Of a stretch of DNA of 64,000 nt, positions 22,462 through 31,894 are shown one piece after another. The first letter of the stretch is position 1; each line of letters starts with the position of its first letter. The notes beneath the pieces were generated by a model. It saw only the letters and a program-made list of their open reading frames with translations. It had not been told where the DNA came from and searched no databases. Both the position numbers and the translations under genes were made by a program. This DNA comes from Acidobacteriota bacterium (GTDB lineage: Bacteria; Acidobacteriota; UBA6911): assembly GCA_963664705.1 (NCBI GenBank), contig OY761556.1:512001-576000 (forward strand), written 5' to 3'.

Positions 22462-23672
22462 GGGATACGCCTATCGATCGTCACATAAGCAAATCGCTCT
22501 CTGCAGAGGCGCAAAGCCCGGCGGGCCATGTCGTGGATGAGAACCGGATGGCTGCATACCTCGAGGGGAATCTGTCTCCGGAAGAGGCGATAGCGTTTGA
22601 AGCCCACATGGCAAATTGTGACGTCTGTCAGGAGACGCTTGCTCTGGCTTTGAAGCTGCAGTCGCAGGAAGACGAGCCTTTTCAGGAGCAGCCGTCCTCA
22701 CCTGCCAGGAAAAGGCTGTTCCACATATCGATCCCAATCTCGGCTGTCGCCGGGCTGCTTCTTTGTGCAGGTATCGCGGTTGTATTCTTCCGGGTCTATG
22801 ACGAGCCGCGCAGATTCACGGCACCTCAGGTTGCAGAGCTTCCGCCAGCGGCTCGGAATGAAGCGAGGCCATCGGTGTCTACACCGCCTGCGGTTGAATC
22901 TGAGCCTGCCCAGAAGATAGCATCCGGACCGGAATCCAAAGAAAAAACCCGCGAGATCCAGCCTCGATCCGCTGCTCCCGTTCAGCCGGCCCCACCGCCT
23001 GTCGATGGTCTGTTCGCTGTCGGGGCAAGCGGAGATATTGCATCGTTGGACAAAAAGGGAGCATTGAACATGCCAGCGGAGGCCGTTGGCGGGTCGACGG
23101 CTCCAGTGCAGCCTGAAGGCGCCCGCCGCGCGGATGCGCCGATGATTCACAAGGAAGAAATGCCGACGCCTGTTTTACAAAACAGTGCGTCTCCACCGGC
23201 GGCCGCGGTCTCTCTTGGTAAGATCACGGCACCCTCCGTTGCGATTCAGGCTCAAAACTCTAAAGCTAAAGATGAAGCGGATGCTTCCGGCTCCAATCTG
23301 TCCGCGGAAGTATCCGCTCCCGCCCGGACTCAGGAACCATTTCAAAGACCGAGTATCTACGCGGCTTCAAACCGGATTGCCACGACTTTATACGAGACCG
23401 AAAGCTTTGAGTCCTATATAAGGTTCGTGATCAGGAGTTTGGATGTTACGCGGAAATCGGCGGAGAACAAGGCAATCGGCGACAGAGTGTTCTTTAAGAA
23501 CCGCGGGTACTGGATCGATAAGCAGTGCGCGGAGAATTCAGCCGATCCGATTGTGGTGATCAAGGCAGCCGATTCGGATTTTGCCTCGATAATGCAGAAA
23601 TATCCGGATACAAAAGCCCTGTTGCCTGCAATCATCTATTGGGAGAAGAAGAACTACGTTCTCTCCAAATAA
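22458..23672 (+). CDS. zf-HC2 membrane anti-sigma factor with Pro/Ala-rich linker and C-terminal globular domain
   Basis: AAYLEGNL..EAHMANCDVC (HxxxCxxC), one TM segment, 4-nt overlap with the sigma gene. Confidence 0.82.
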   Translation: MRDTPIDRHISKSLSAEAQSPAGHVVDENRMAAYLEGNLSPEEAIAFEAHMANCDVCQETLALALKLQSQEDEPFQEQPSSPARKRLFHISIPISAVAGLLLCAGIAVVFFRVYDEPRRFTAPQVAELPPAARNEARPSVSTPPAVESEPAQKIASGPESKEKTREIQPRSAAPVQPAPPPVDGLFAVGASGDIASLDKKGALNMPAEAVGGSTAPVQPEGARRADAPMIHKEEMPTPVLQNSASPPAAAVSLGKITAPSVAIQAQNSKAKDEADASGSNLSAEVSAPARTQEPFQRPSIYAASNRIATTLYETESFESYIRFVIRSLDVTRKSAENKAIGDRVFFKNRGYWIDKQCAENSADPIVVIKAADSDFASIMQKYPDTKALLPAIIYWEKKNYVLSK

Positions 23673-23786
23673 GCGGAATTGTGAGCGGGTTGTTCCGCCG
23701 GGAGCGCCGCGTTCCGGCGGATGACGTATACCATTTGTTCTAAGCCCCAGTATTTGCCCAAGGAAGCCGGAAGCACGATGCTTCCC

Positions 23787-23984
23787 AGCCCCAGCGGGGC
23801 GGCCAGAACTTAGCCGGGGGTGAGCGCTTTTTGCGAACCCCCGGATTGGATTAGTCATGTAGCCCTGACGGGGGCGGCAGAATGCTGACTTTCGCCCCTA
23901 GCCAGGGCTCTCTCTACCGCCTATCGCTACCGGGGGTTCGCTGCGCTTCACCCCCGGCTACTTTCTGACCGCCCCGGCGGAGAT
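23787..23984. repeat. ~200 bp nested inverted-repeat element (REP/REPIN- or MITE-like)
   Basis: Left arm 23787-23844 AGCCCCAGCGGGGCGGCCAGAACTTAGCCGGGGGTGAGCGC..GCGAACCCCCGG is near reverse-complementary to 23930-23984; inner pair 23861-23880 / 23891-23909. Confidence 0.8.
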
Positions 23985-24115
23985 GCATCACATTTGCGGC
24001 TTTCTCGGGCAATCTTTCAGCCCCCCGGGCCTGTTGCATCACTCGCATCGCGGGGCCTAGCGCAAATAATATGCAGCATTAGCCGGGACACTGGCGCTCC
24101 TGTGAAAACGCCTAA

Positions 24116-24712
24116 TTATTCAAATCGACCCACACGGACCTGCGAGGGGCGGAGCAGTTGCCCGTTCATTGAATAGCCGGTCTGCAATTCCTCCACAACA
24201 ACTCCATCGCGGTCCGCCCGTTGCACGGTCACAGTCCCCACCGCCTGTTGCACGTTAGGATCAAAAGGCTGCTCCAGGGACGGAATAGCCTCCACGCCCA
24301 ATGTCTGAAGTTTGGACCGGAACATGTTGGCCGTCATCTGCACACCTTCAAGCAGATGTTCAATGCTACCCGCCTTTGAAGCTGCGGTTGTTGCGCGCTG
24401 CAGGTTGTCGAGGATTTCCAGGAAAGGGAGCACGATCTTCTGCTTTTCCGCCTCGAGCCTGCGACCGAAGTCGGCTTCCAGCCGTACTTTCGTGCGGGCG
24501 ATTTCTTCGTCAATCTGTTGTTTCTTTTCCAGAAATTTGCGTTCGGTTTCGGCGACGCGGGCCATCAGCTCTTCCACATAGCTCGGGTAGCGCGGTTTTT
24601 CTTCCTGGAGTTCAACCTTGTCGATGTCTTCGAGATTTATAAACTGTCTTTTGTCTATCACTTGGAATTCCGGAGATTCAGGTTCACGCTTCTGCTTTGA
24701 CTGATTTTCCAT
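24116..24712 (-). CDS. grpE: Nucleotide exchange factor GrpE
   Basis: FLEILDNLQRA, PFDPNVQQAV, ELQTGYSMNGQLLRPSQVRVG. Confidence 0.88.
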   Translation of the reverse strand: MENQSKQKREPESPEFQVIDKRQFINLEDIDKVELQEEKPRYPSYVEELMARVAETERKFLEKKQQIDEEIARTKVRLEADFGRRLEAEKQKIVLPFLEILDNLQRATTAASKAGSIEHLLEGVQMTANMFRSKLQTLGVEAIPSLEQPFDPNVQQAVGTVTVQRADRDGVVVEELQTGYSMNGQLLRPSQVRVGRFE

Positions 24713-24756
24713 ATGCCTGTGTATGAAGTGCAAAGTTAGGGATTAGCAATAAAGAA

Positions 24757-25605
24757 TCAAGGGCGCAATGCCTGGGCGGTTCTGCCCATTAGACGATTGA
24801 TCCGTTCCTGTGTCGGCGGATGCGTGCTGAACAGGTTCATGAGCGAACCGCCGCTGAAGGGATGCATGATAAACATATGCGCGGTACTTGGAGAGGCTTC
24901 CAGCGGAATGTGCTTCGAGTAATTCTCCAGTTTCTGAAGTGCCGAAGCCAGCCCGTGAGGACTGCCGGCAACTTCCGCCCCGCTGGCATCCGCCTGGTAT
25001 TCCCTGGTGCGGGAAATCCACATTTGAATGAGCATCGCGGCCAGTGGGGCGATAATGATCATGATGATTCCTCCCATGCCCCCGCCGCCTTCATCATCGC
25101 GGTCACGGCTGCCGCCGAATAATCCGGCGAAATTGGCGAGCCACATGAGCATGCCTGCCAAAGAGGCGGCAACGCTGCTGATCAAAATATCCCTGTTTCT
25201 TACATGGGAAATTTCATGGGCAAGGACTCCCGTCAGTTCGTCCCGGTCGAGAATTCTCAAAGCTCCCTGCGTGACCGCTACTGAAGCATGTTGCGGGTTG
25301 CGGCCGGTGGCGAATGCGTTCGGAGATTCATCCGGGATGATGTAGATCCGTGGCACGGGGATATTGCTGCGCGCACAGAGGAAATCCATTATGCCGAAAA
25401 GCTCCGGAGCCTGCTCTCTCGTGACCGGCTGAGCACGATACATGCTCAAAGCGATCTTGTCCGAGAAGAAATAGCTGGCGAAATTCATCATCAGCGACAT
25501 AACCAAGGCAATCGTCAAGCCCTGGTATCCCCAGAAACTGCCGACAAACAGAATAACTCCCGTCAGCAAACCGAGCAGCAATACTGTCTTAATATTATTA
25601 GCCAT
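24757..25605 (-). CDS. htpX: Zinc metalloprotease HtpX
   Basis: PNAFATGRNP, HEISH, ISRTREYQAD, FSTHPP. Confidence 0.95.
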   Translation of the reverse strand: MANNIKTVLLLGLLTGVILFVGSFWGYQGLTIALVMSLMMNFASYFFSDKIALSMYRAQPVTREQAPELFGIMDFLCARSNIPVPRIYIIPDESPNAFATGRNPQHASVAVTQGALRILDRDELTGVLAHEISHVRNRDILISSVAASLAGMLMWLANFAGLFGGSRDRDDEGGGGMGGIIMIIIAPLAAMLIQMWISRTREYQADASGAEVAGSPHGLASALQKLENYSKHIPLEASPSTAHMFIMHPFSGGSLMNLFSTHPPTQERINRLMGRTAQALRP

Positions 25606-25637
25606 AGAGCCCAAATAGTACCATCAACCATCAATGA

Positions 25638-25686
25638 AGATGCAGGATACAGGATGAAGGATGCAAGAAATCGGCATCCTTCATCC
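25638..25686. repeat. 7-nt array with inverted copy
   Basis: AGATGCA GGATACA GGATGAA GGATGCA ... GGCATCC TTCATCC. Confidence 0.8.
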
Positions 25687-25696
25687 CTTTCCATTG

Positions 25697-28291
25697 TCAT
25701 ACCGCCGCACGTGCTCTTTTTTCGAACTGGAGTTCGCCCGTCTTTTTGTCCGCCGAGAGATGAATTGTATCGCCCGGCAGGATCTCGCCATTCAGCAGCA
25801 TCAGGGCGAGGCGGTCTTGTATCTTTTTTTGGATCAAGCGCTTGAGCGGCCTTGCTCCATATACCGGATCGTAGCCTTCGCGCGCAAGCTCTTCCGCAGC
25901 CTTCGCGTCAACATCCAGAACCAGATCTTTCTGGCCCAACAGCTTTTCCAACTGCTTCAGCTGGAGCTTGACGATGCCTTGAATAAGGTCCTTCGACAAT
26001 CGATGGAACACGATGATATCGTCGATACGGTTGAGAAACTCAGGCCTGAAGGTGTTGCGCAGCGCTTCCATCAACCGGGGCGTCGCCGCATCCAAATCTC
26101 CTGAAGACTCGCTGATCGCATGGCTTCCAATATTGGAGGTCATGATAATCACCGTGTTCTTGAAGTCCACGGTTCGGCCTTTCCCGTCAGTCAGGCGCCC
26201 GTCGTCCAGAATCTGTAGCAAAACATTAAAAACATCGGGATGCGCTTTTTCGATCTCGTCGAACAGGATGACGGCATACGGTCGTCGGCGAATGGCTTCT
26301 GTCAGATAGCCGCCTTCCTCGTACCCTACATATCCGGGAGGCGCTCCGATCAGGCGCGCAACGGAATGCTTTTCCATGTATTCCGACATATCGATGCGAA
26401 CCATCGCTCTTTCGTCATCAAACAAAAACTCAGCCAGAGCTCTTGCGAGTTCTGTTTTACCGACACCGGTTGGACCAAGAAAAATGAAGGATCCCATGGG
26501 CCGCTTGGTGTCCTGCAATCCCGCACGAGCTCTCCGAATTGCGTTGGAAACGGCGGACAGCGCAGCATCCTGCCCCAGCACACGCTCCCGCAGACGATCC
26601 TCCATGTGAACCAGTTTGTGAATCTCGCCTTCAAGCATTTTACTGACAGGAATGCCGGTCCACTTGGCTACCACCTCCGCGATGTCTTCCTCGTCGACTT
26701 CTTCTTTAAGAAACTTCTTTTCAGCCTGCAGGCTGTTCAATCGACCATTCTGTGCGTCCAGTTCCTTCTGCAACTGGACAAGCGTACCGTAACGCAATTC
26801 GGCGGCTTTGCCCAGATCGCCCAGGCGCTCGGCATTCTGTTCTTCGGACTTTACGGCATCCATCCGTCCTTTGACCGATTGAATCGAGCTGATGATTTCC
26901 CGCTCCTGCTGCCAATGCAGCTTCATCTGTGCGCTCTTTTCGCGCAGTTCCGCCAGATCCTGTTTTAGTGTGGCAAGGCGATCCAACGACGATTTGTCTG
27001 TTTCCTTCGACAAGGCTTGACGTTCGATTTCCAGTTGAGTAATGCGCCGCTCCACCTCATCTATTTCAACAGGCATACTGTCGATCTCTATGCGCAGGCG
27101 GGAAGCCGCCTCGTCCACGAGATCAACCGCCTTGTCCGGCAGGAATCGGTCCGCAATGTATCGGTGTGACAAAACGGCTGCTGCAACAAGAGCGGAGTCG
27201 GTGATCCGGACCCCGTGATGCACTTCGTATTTTTCCTTCAATCCCCGAAGAATCGCAATGGTGTCTTCTGTGGAAGGCTCGCCCACATAAACCGGCTGGA
27301 ATCGCCGTTCCAGTGCCGCATCCTTTTCAATATACTTTTTGTATTCGTTCAGAGTTGTGGCTCCGACGCAGCGCAACTCGCCGCGCGCCAATGCCGGCTT
27401 GAGCATATTCGATGCATCAATGGCACCCTCGGCGGCGCCCGCACCGACAAGGGTGTGCAGCTCGTCAATGAACAAAATGATCGATCCCGCCGATTCTTCG
27501 ATTTCGCGCAGCACCGCCTTCAACCTGTCCTCAAACTCTCCCCGGTATTTGGCTCCGGCGAGCATCCCGCCAAGATCCAGCGCCACCATCTGCTTCTTCT
27601 TCAGGCTCTCCGGAACATCGCCCGCGACAATCCGCTGAGCCAGGCCTTCAACGATCGCGGTTTTGCCGACCCCGGGTTCTCCAATAAGGACCGGGTTATT
27701 CTTGGTGCGCCTGGATAGAACCTGAATTACTCTTCGGATTTCGTCGTCCCGACCAATGACAGGATCGAGTTTGCCTCTTCGCGCAAGATCTGTCAGATCG
27801 CGGGCATACCGCTTTAATGCCTGGTATTTTTCCTCCGCATTCGGATCGGTTACGCGCTGGCTGCCCCGGATCGATGCCAGGACTTTTAAAATGTCCGGGC
27901 GGTCCGCTCCATGCTGGCGAAGCAGCTTGCCGGCAAACCCATCGGCGCCGGAAAGTCCCAAAAGCAGATGCTCGGTTGAAATGTATTCATCTTTGAATTG
28001 ATCCGCCTCCGCCTCCGCCTGGCGAAAAACTGCATCCAATTTTGGAGACCCGGCCAGTTGCGCCCCGTGAACCTTGGGCTGACTAGCAAGATGGCGGTCC
28101 AGATCGGATTGCATCGATTCTATGGACACGCCCAGCTTTTTGAGAAGCGGGGCAACCAGGCCATCTTCCTGGCTTAGAAGGGCGTACAGCAAGTGCTCCG
28201 GTTCAATGAGCGGACTATCGAGACTGTCCGCCTTCCGCTGGGCGGCCTGCAGTGCTTCCTGCGCCTTTATTGTCAGTTTTTCGAAACGCAT
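25697..28291 (-). CDS. clpB: ATP-dependent chaperone ClpB
   Basis: Two AAA+ domains ([16 protein letters not shown]), middle coiled coil with AAELRYG, GARPLKR. Confidence 0.97.
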   Translation of the reverse strand: MRFEKLTIKAQEALQAAQRKADSLDSPLIEPEHLLYALLSQEDGLVAPLLKKLGVSIESMQSDLDRHLASQPKVHGAQLAGSPKLDAVFRQAEAEADQFKDEYISTEHLLLGLSGADGFAGKLLRQHGADRPDILKVLASIRGSQRVTDPNAEEKYQALKRYARDLTDLARRGKLDPVIGRDDEIRRVIQVLSRRTKNNPVLIGEPGVGKTAIVEGLAQRIVAGDVPESLKKKQMVALDLGGMLAGAKYRGEFEDRLKAVLREIEESAGSIILFIDELHTLVGAGAAEGAIDASNMLKPALARGELRCVGATTLNEYKKYIEKDAALERRFQPVYVGEPSTEDTIAILRGLKEKYEVHHGVRITDSALVAAAVLSHRYIADRFLPDKAVDLVDEAASRLRIEIDSMPVEIDEVERRITQLEIERQALSKETDKSSLDRLATLKQDLAELREKSAQMKLHWQQEREIISSIQSVKGRMDAVKSEEQNAERLGDLGKAAELRYGTLVQLQKELDAQNGRLNSLQAEKKFLKEEVDEEDIAEVVAKWTGIPVSKMLEGEIHKLVHMEDRLRERVLGQDAALSAVSNAIRRARAGLQDTKRPMGSFIFLGPTGVGKTELARALAEFLFDDERAMVRIDMSEYMEKHSVARLIGAPPGYVGYEEGGYLTEAIRRRPYAVILFDEIEKAHPDVFNVLLQILDDGRLTDGKGRTVDFKNTVIIMTSNIGSHAISESSGDLDAATPRLMEALRNTFRPEFLNRIDDIIVFHRLSKDLIQGIVKLQLKQLEKLLGQKDLVLDVDAKAAEELAREGYDPVYGARPLKRLIQKKIQDRLALMLLNGEILPGDTIHLSADKKTGELQFEKRARAAV

Positions 28292-28352
28292 GTCTTTGAA
28301 CCTCTATGAGCGATTTTTGCTGCGCGATGTCCGGCGCAAGGCCGAAGGTGCT

Positions 28353-28417
28353 CAAAATGCAGGAGCAGTCTGCGTTCAGGGGAACCCTAGGTATCGCATT
28401 CTGCGTCCTGCATTTTG
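28353..28417. repeat. Inverted pair of 7-nt arrays between Hsp20 and clpB
   Basis: CAAAATGCAGGAGCAG ... GCATTCT GCGTCCT GCATTTT G. Confidence 0.65.
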
Positions 28418-28426
28418 GTTTTTGAG

Positions 28427-28858
28427 TTACTGGACGCTGACAGGGATTTCTCGAGGTCTGACCTCGGGTTTCTGCGGGATCGTCACTGTCAGCACGCCAT
28501 TCTTATAATCGGCATGTATCTTTTCACTGTCCACAGAATCCGGCAACCTGAAGGACCGGGTAAACGAACCATAAAAGCTTTCCACGCGGTGGTAGTTGCT
28601 TTTTTTATCTTCGTTTTCCATTTTGCGCTCACCTTTAAGGGTGAGGGTATTGCCCTCGATCTTCAAGTCAATCTGCTTTTCGCTCATGCCTGGAAGCTCG
28701 GCTCGAAGAATCAAATTCCCGTCTTTTTCAAGAATGTCCACCGAAGGCATCCATGTGTCTCGTGTCTCCGGAACGGAACTGAACGGGAAATCACTGAAAA
28801 ACTCTTCGAACAAGCGGGCCGGCGATTCTGACCTGCGAACATATGGAATCAATCTCAT
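28427..28858 (-). CDS. Hsp20/alpha-crystallin small heat-shock protein
   Basis: Start MRLIPY with GGAGG SD; AELPG, ESFYGSFTRSF, ADYKNGVL, IPV tail. Confidence 0.94.
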   Translation of the reverse strand: MRLIPYVRRSESPARLFEEFFSDFPFSSVPETRDTWMPSVDILEKDGNLILRAELPGMSEKQIDLKIEGNTLTLKGERKMENEDKKSNYHRVESFYGSFTRSFRLPDSVDSEKIHADYKNGVLTVTIPQKPEVRPREIPVSVQ

Positions 28859-28905
28859 TTCTTGTACCTCCATTTCAATCTTTAGTACGTTCAATACATA
28901 AGATG

Positions 28906-28923
28906 TGAGTGTTTCATTGTCAA
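28906..28923 (-). promoter_or_regulatory. HAIR-like operator overlapping a TTGACA -35 box
   Basis: TGAGT-N7-TGTCAA versus HAIR consensus CTTGAGT-N7-ACTCAAG. Confidence 0.5.
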
Positions 28924-28995
28924 CCTTTGCCGAAACCTCTGAAAAGAGGTTGTAATCGCGTCCGGTGGTCTCCGGAGTCGGCAAAGGGGGGATTG

Positions 28996-29448
28996 TTAAA
29001 TACTAATCTTGATTGTACGAGGCTTTACTTCGGCTTTCTGGGGGACTGCGATGCAAAGCACACCATTTTTATAATCCGCTTTGATATTGCTCAGATCCGT
29101 GGAATCCGGCAGCGTAAAGGAACGGGAGAAAGTGCCGTAAAAGCTTTCCTGCTGGTGGTAGGTAAAGCCGTTTCCGGCTTGAGACTTGCGTTCGCCATTG
29201 ATTGTCAGTACCTGCCCTTCGATCTTCAGTTCGATATCCTTCTCATTGAGTCCGGGAATCGAAATCATGAGCAGGAGATTGCCTTCTCTTTCCACGATGT
29301 CGACTGGAGGGGTCCATGTACTGCCGCGACGGTCCTCGAGAGAGTGCATCGCCCAGTCGTTAAAAAAATCCTCAAACAACCGGAATGGAGTCGCCGGGAA
29401 ATTCCTCGAAAGGCCGTTCGGCTCTGATCTCGCTATCTTGGGTGCCAT
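28996..29448 (-). CDS. Hsp20/alpha-crystallin small heat-shock protein
   Basis: WTPPVDI, ESFYGTFSRSF, ADYKNGVL, IKI tail; GGAGG SD. Confidence 0.94.
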   Translation of the reverse strand: MAPKIARSEPNGLSRNFPATPFRLFEDFFNDWAMHSLEDRRGSTWTPPVDIVEREGNLLLMISIPGLNEKDIELKIEGQVLTINGERKSQAGNGFTYHQQESFYGTFSRSFTLPDSTDLSNIKADYKNGVLCIAVPQKAEVKPRTIKISI

Positions 29449-29499
29449 TTTTTAACCTCCTAAAAACGGTTTTACTTGTTATGGCACCTAATTAAAATC

Positions 29500-29517
29500 T
29501 CAGCGCATTCTTGTCAA
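29500..29517 (-). promoter_or_regulatory. Degenerate HAIR-like site / -35 box upstream of the other Hsp20 gene
   Basis: TCAGC-N7-TGTCAA, same spacing as the 28906 site. Confidence 0.4.
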
Positions 29518-29560
29518 ATTTCAGATTCCCGATTTTAGACAACAAATTTGTTGTCCCCCC

Positions 29561-29590
29561 AAAAAACAAAGGAGGCCCTTTCGGGCCTCC
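29561..29590 (-). terminator. Rho-independent terminator of the OPT transporter gene
   Basis: Minus strand GGAGGCCC-GAAA-GGGCCTCC followed by TTTGTTTTTT. Confidence 0.85.
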
Positions 29591-29620
29591 GAGTTTTGAA
29601 ATCGCGAATCTTTGAATCTC

Positions 29621-31669
29621 TTACATAATCGCGGTGGGAGGGGCGGGTTCATCGGGTTTGCCGGCATTGGCCAGAGGTACACGAATCATGATTATGGCCA
29701 AGACCACAAACGCTATGATCATGCCGATCCAGTGCGGCGATTCCCATATCACAGGCATGGAACCGCGTATCCACACAATGGCTGCGACGATGAGGCCGCA
29801 GAGGGCCTCGCCCGCAATCATTCCCGAAGCGGTCAGGACGCCGGCATTTTCCACGCGCGCTTTCTGGGCTTCATTAAACCCGCGCTTGTCTCGCAGTTTG
29901 TCCGTAATCCAGCGAATGATGCCGCCCACGAAAATGGCAAATGTGGTTTCCAGTGGAAGGTACATGCCTACGGAAAACAGCATGGGGCTGCGCACCTTAA
30001 CCATTATCATGGCAAATCCCATCAGGATCCCCACAACGACCAGGGGCCAAGCCATGCTGCCTCCAACAATTCCCTGTGCGAGCATTGCCATGAGACCTGC
30101 CTGTGGGGCAGATAGTTGCGCGCTGCCAAAGTGGTAGGCTTTATCCAAAATCATGAGTGGGAAGAAAAGGACCAGCGATGCCACGATAATCCCGAAGATA
30201 TCGCCAATCTGCATTCTCGACGGTGTGCCGCCCAGGATATGGCCGACTTTTAGATCTTGCAGCATTTCGCCGGCCACCGCGGAAGATACACAGATGACGG
30301 CCGCAACTCCCAGGACGGCTGCTACGCCGCTGATGCCTGCCACTCCCAATGCGACCATCATGAGCGCGGCCACAACCAGCGTGCAGAGGGTAAGCCCTGA
30401 AACAGGGTTGTTGGAGGATCCGATCATGCCGACCAGATTTCCGGAGACTGCGGCAAAAAAGAATCCGAGAACTACCATGACAAGGGCTGCGACGACGGCT
30501 CCAATGATGACTCTGGAGCCTGTCAATGTGCCTGCGCCTGCAATAAAGAAGTAGTAGATGCCGATCATCGCAATGAACACGAGCGCTACGGCGAAGAAGA
30601 CGGTTTTGGCGCTCAGGTCCCGCTCTGTTCTATTTACTGCTTTGTGCGCATCGGCCGATTTTTTCAAATCGCTGATGGCACGCGCCATTCCGGCTCCAAG
30701 CTGAGCCCGCATCCGAAATAGGGTATACCCGGCGCCTACCAGCATGCCGCCGACAGCGATGGGTCGCACAATGGAAAAATAGACCGCCCCTGCCAAAGTC
30801 CCCCAATTCGCAGCTCCGCCGCTGGTTCCCTGTGCAGCGCCCTGCAACTGTGGGCCGAGAACATAAGTTAGCAGTGGGACCAGAAGTCCCCATGCAAGCA
30901 CTCCTCCCGCAAAATTCAAGGCAGCCAGACTGGGGCCGATGATGTATCCGACGCCAAAGTAAGCCGGGCTGATCGCGGGCGAGTTGAATGTGCTGACTCC
31001 GCCCGTTGAGAGCTGCGCCACGCTTGGAATCCGGCTTGTGCGAAGAAGCAGGCTCTTGCCGAGTGCTCCTATATTGACCGTGAAGGTCTTCATCGGTTCA
31101 AACACGTTCAATTGGGAGAGCGCGTAAATAAATGCGCCGAATCCCATATTGGCGAAAAGGATTTTGGCAGCGCCGGATCCCTGCTGCCCGGCTTTATGGA
31201 TCTCGGATGCGGCCACGGATTCCGGGAACGGGAGTTCCGGATCTTCTACCATGACGCGCCGGAGCAGAGTGACGAACAGAATTCCAAGCAAACCGCCGAT
31301 TACCATCAGTGCGACCGATTGCCAGTATTTCTCCATTCCAAGTCCCGGCCACAATCCGGCCAGCACGAATGCAGGAATGGTAAAAACCGCTCCGGCGGCG
31401 ACGGACTCGCCAATGGATCCGACGGTCCGGGCCATGTTTTCCTCCAGCAGCGATCCCTTCATCAGGCGAAGGAGCGACATGCTGATCACGGCTGCGGGGT
31501 ATGTGGCTGCGATCGTCATCCCGGCTTTCAAGCCAAGGTAAGCATTGGCAGCGCCAAGGACCCCGGTCATCAGAAGTCCGAGGATAACAGCCCGCATCGT
31601 GAATTCACTCATTTGGACATCGGGCGGAACATAAGGCCGAAACTTTGGTTTCGATTCAGCGCCTTGCAT
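29621..31669 (-). CDS. OPT family oligopeptide transporter
   Basis: AANAYLGLKAG, LPFPES, GSSNNPVSG, LQDLKVGHILGGTP, SGMIAGEAL; many TM segments. Confidence 0.93.
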   Translation of the reverse strand: MQGAESKPKFRPYVPPDVQMSEFTMRAVILGLLMTGVLGAANAYLGLKAGMTIAATYPAAVISMSLLRLMKGSLLEENMARTVGSIGESVAAGAVFTIPAFVLAGLWPGLGMEKYWQSVALMVIGGLLGILFVTLLRRVMVEDPELPFPESVAASEIHKAGQQGSGAAKILFANMGFGAFIYALSQLNVFEPMKTFTVNIGALGKSLLLRTSRIPSVAQLSTGGVSTFNSPAISPAYFGVGYIIGPSLAALNFAGGVLAWGLLVPLLTYVLGPQLQGAAQGTSGGAANWGTLAGAVYFSIVRPIAVGGMLVGAGYTLFRMRAQLGAGMARAISDLKKSADAHKAVNRTERDLSAKTVFFAVALVFIAMIGIYYFFIAGAGTLTGSRVIIGAVVAALVMVVLGFFFAAVSGNLVGMIGSSNNPVSGLTLCTLVVAALMMVALGVAGISGVAAVLGVAAVICVSSAVAGEMLQDLKVGHILGGTPSRMQIGDIFGIIVASLVLFFPLMILDKAYHFGSAQLSAPQAGLMAMLAQGIVGGSMAWPLVVVGILMGFAMIMVKVRSPMLFSVGMYLPLETTFAIFVGGIIRWITDKLRDKRGFNEAQKARVENAGVLTASGMIAGEALCGLIVAAIVWIRGSMPVIWESPHWIGMIIAFVVLAIIMIRVPLANAGKPDEPAPPTAIM

Positions 31670-31690
31670 GCAAGAGCCTCCTGGGAAAGA

Positions 31691-31732
31691 AGATACAGGG
31701 TGCAGGATACAGGATGCGGGATCCAGGATGCA
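31691..31732. repeat. Six-unit 7-nt tandem array
   Basis: AGATACA GGGTGCA GGATACA GGATGCG GGATCCA GGATGCA. Confidence 0.85.
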
Positions 31733-31894
31733 AGCGTGTAGGTTTGTGCGAAGGCCTGTTTTTCCAAGTCCTGGGGCAGGGTTGGCTGCCTATCGCTCCA
31801 AAAAGCGGGGCCGGTTCCGGGTTTAACGAAACGGGAAACGCCGGACGGGAAACCTGTGATATTATGGATGTTTTTTCAGGGAGACATTTCGGCC

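Noticed and set aside
23675-23688. GGAATTGTGAGCGG, identical to the left half of the lac operator
   Set aside because: The right half (ATAACAATT) is absent, there is no vector sequence around it, and it lies 3' of a gene within a local hairpin; treated as coincidence
31733-31894. Possible T-box leader upstream of ileS
   Set aside because: No T-box GGTGG.ACC motif or terminator; a TGaTATTAT -10 near the start implies a short leader
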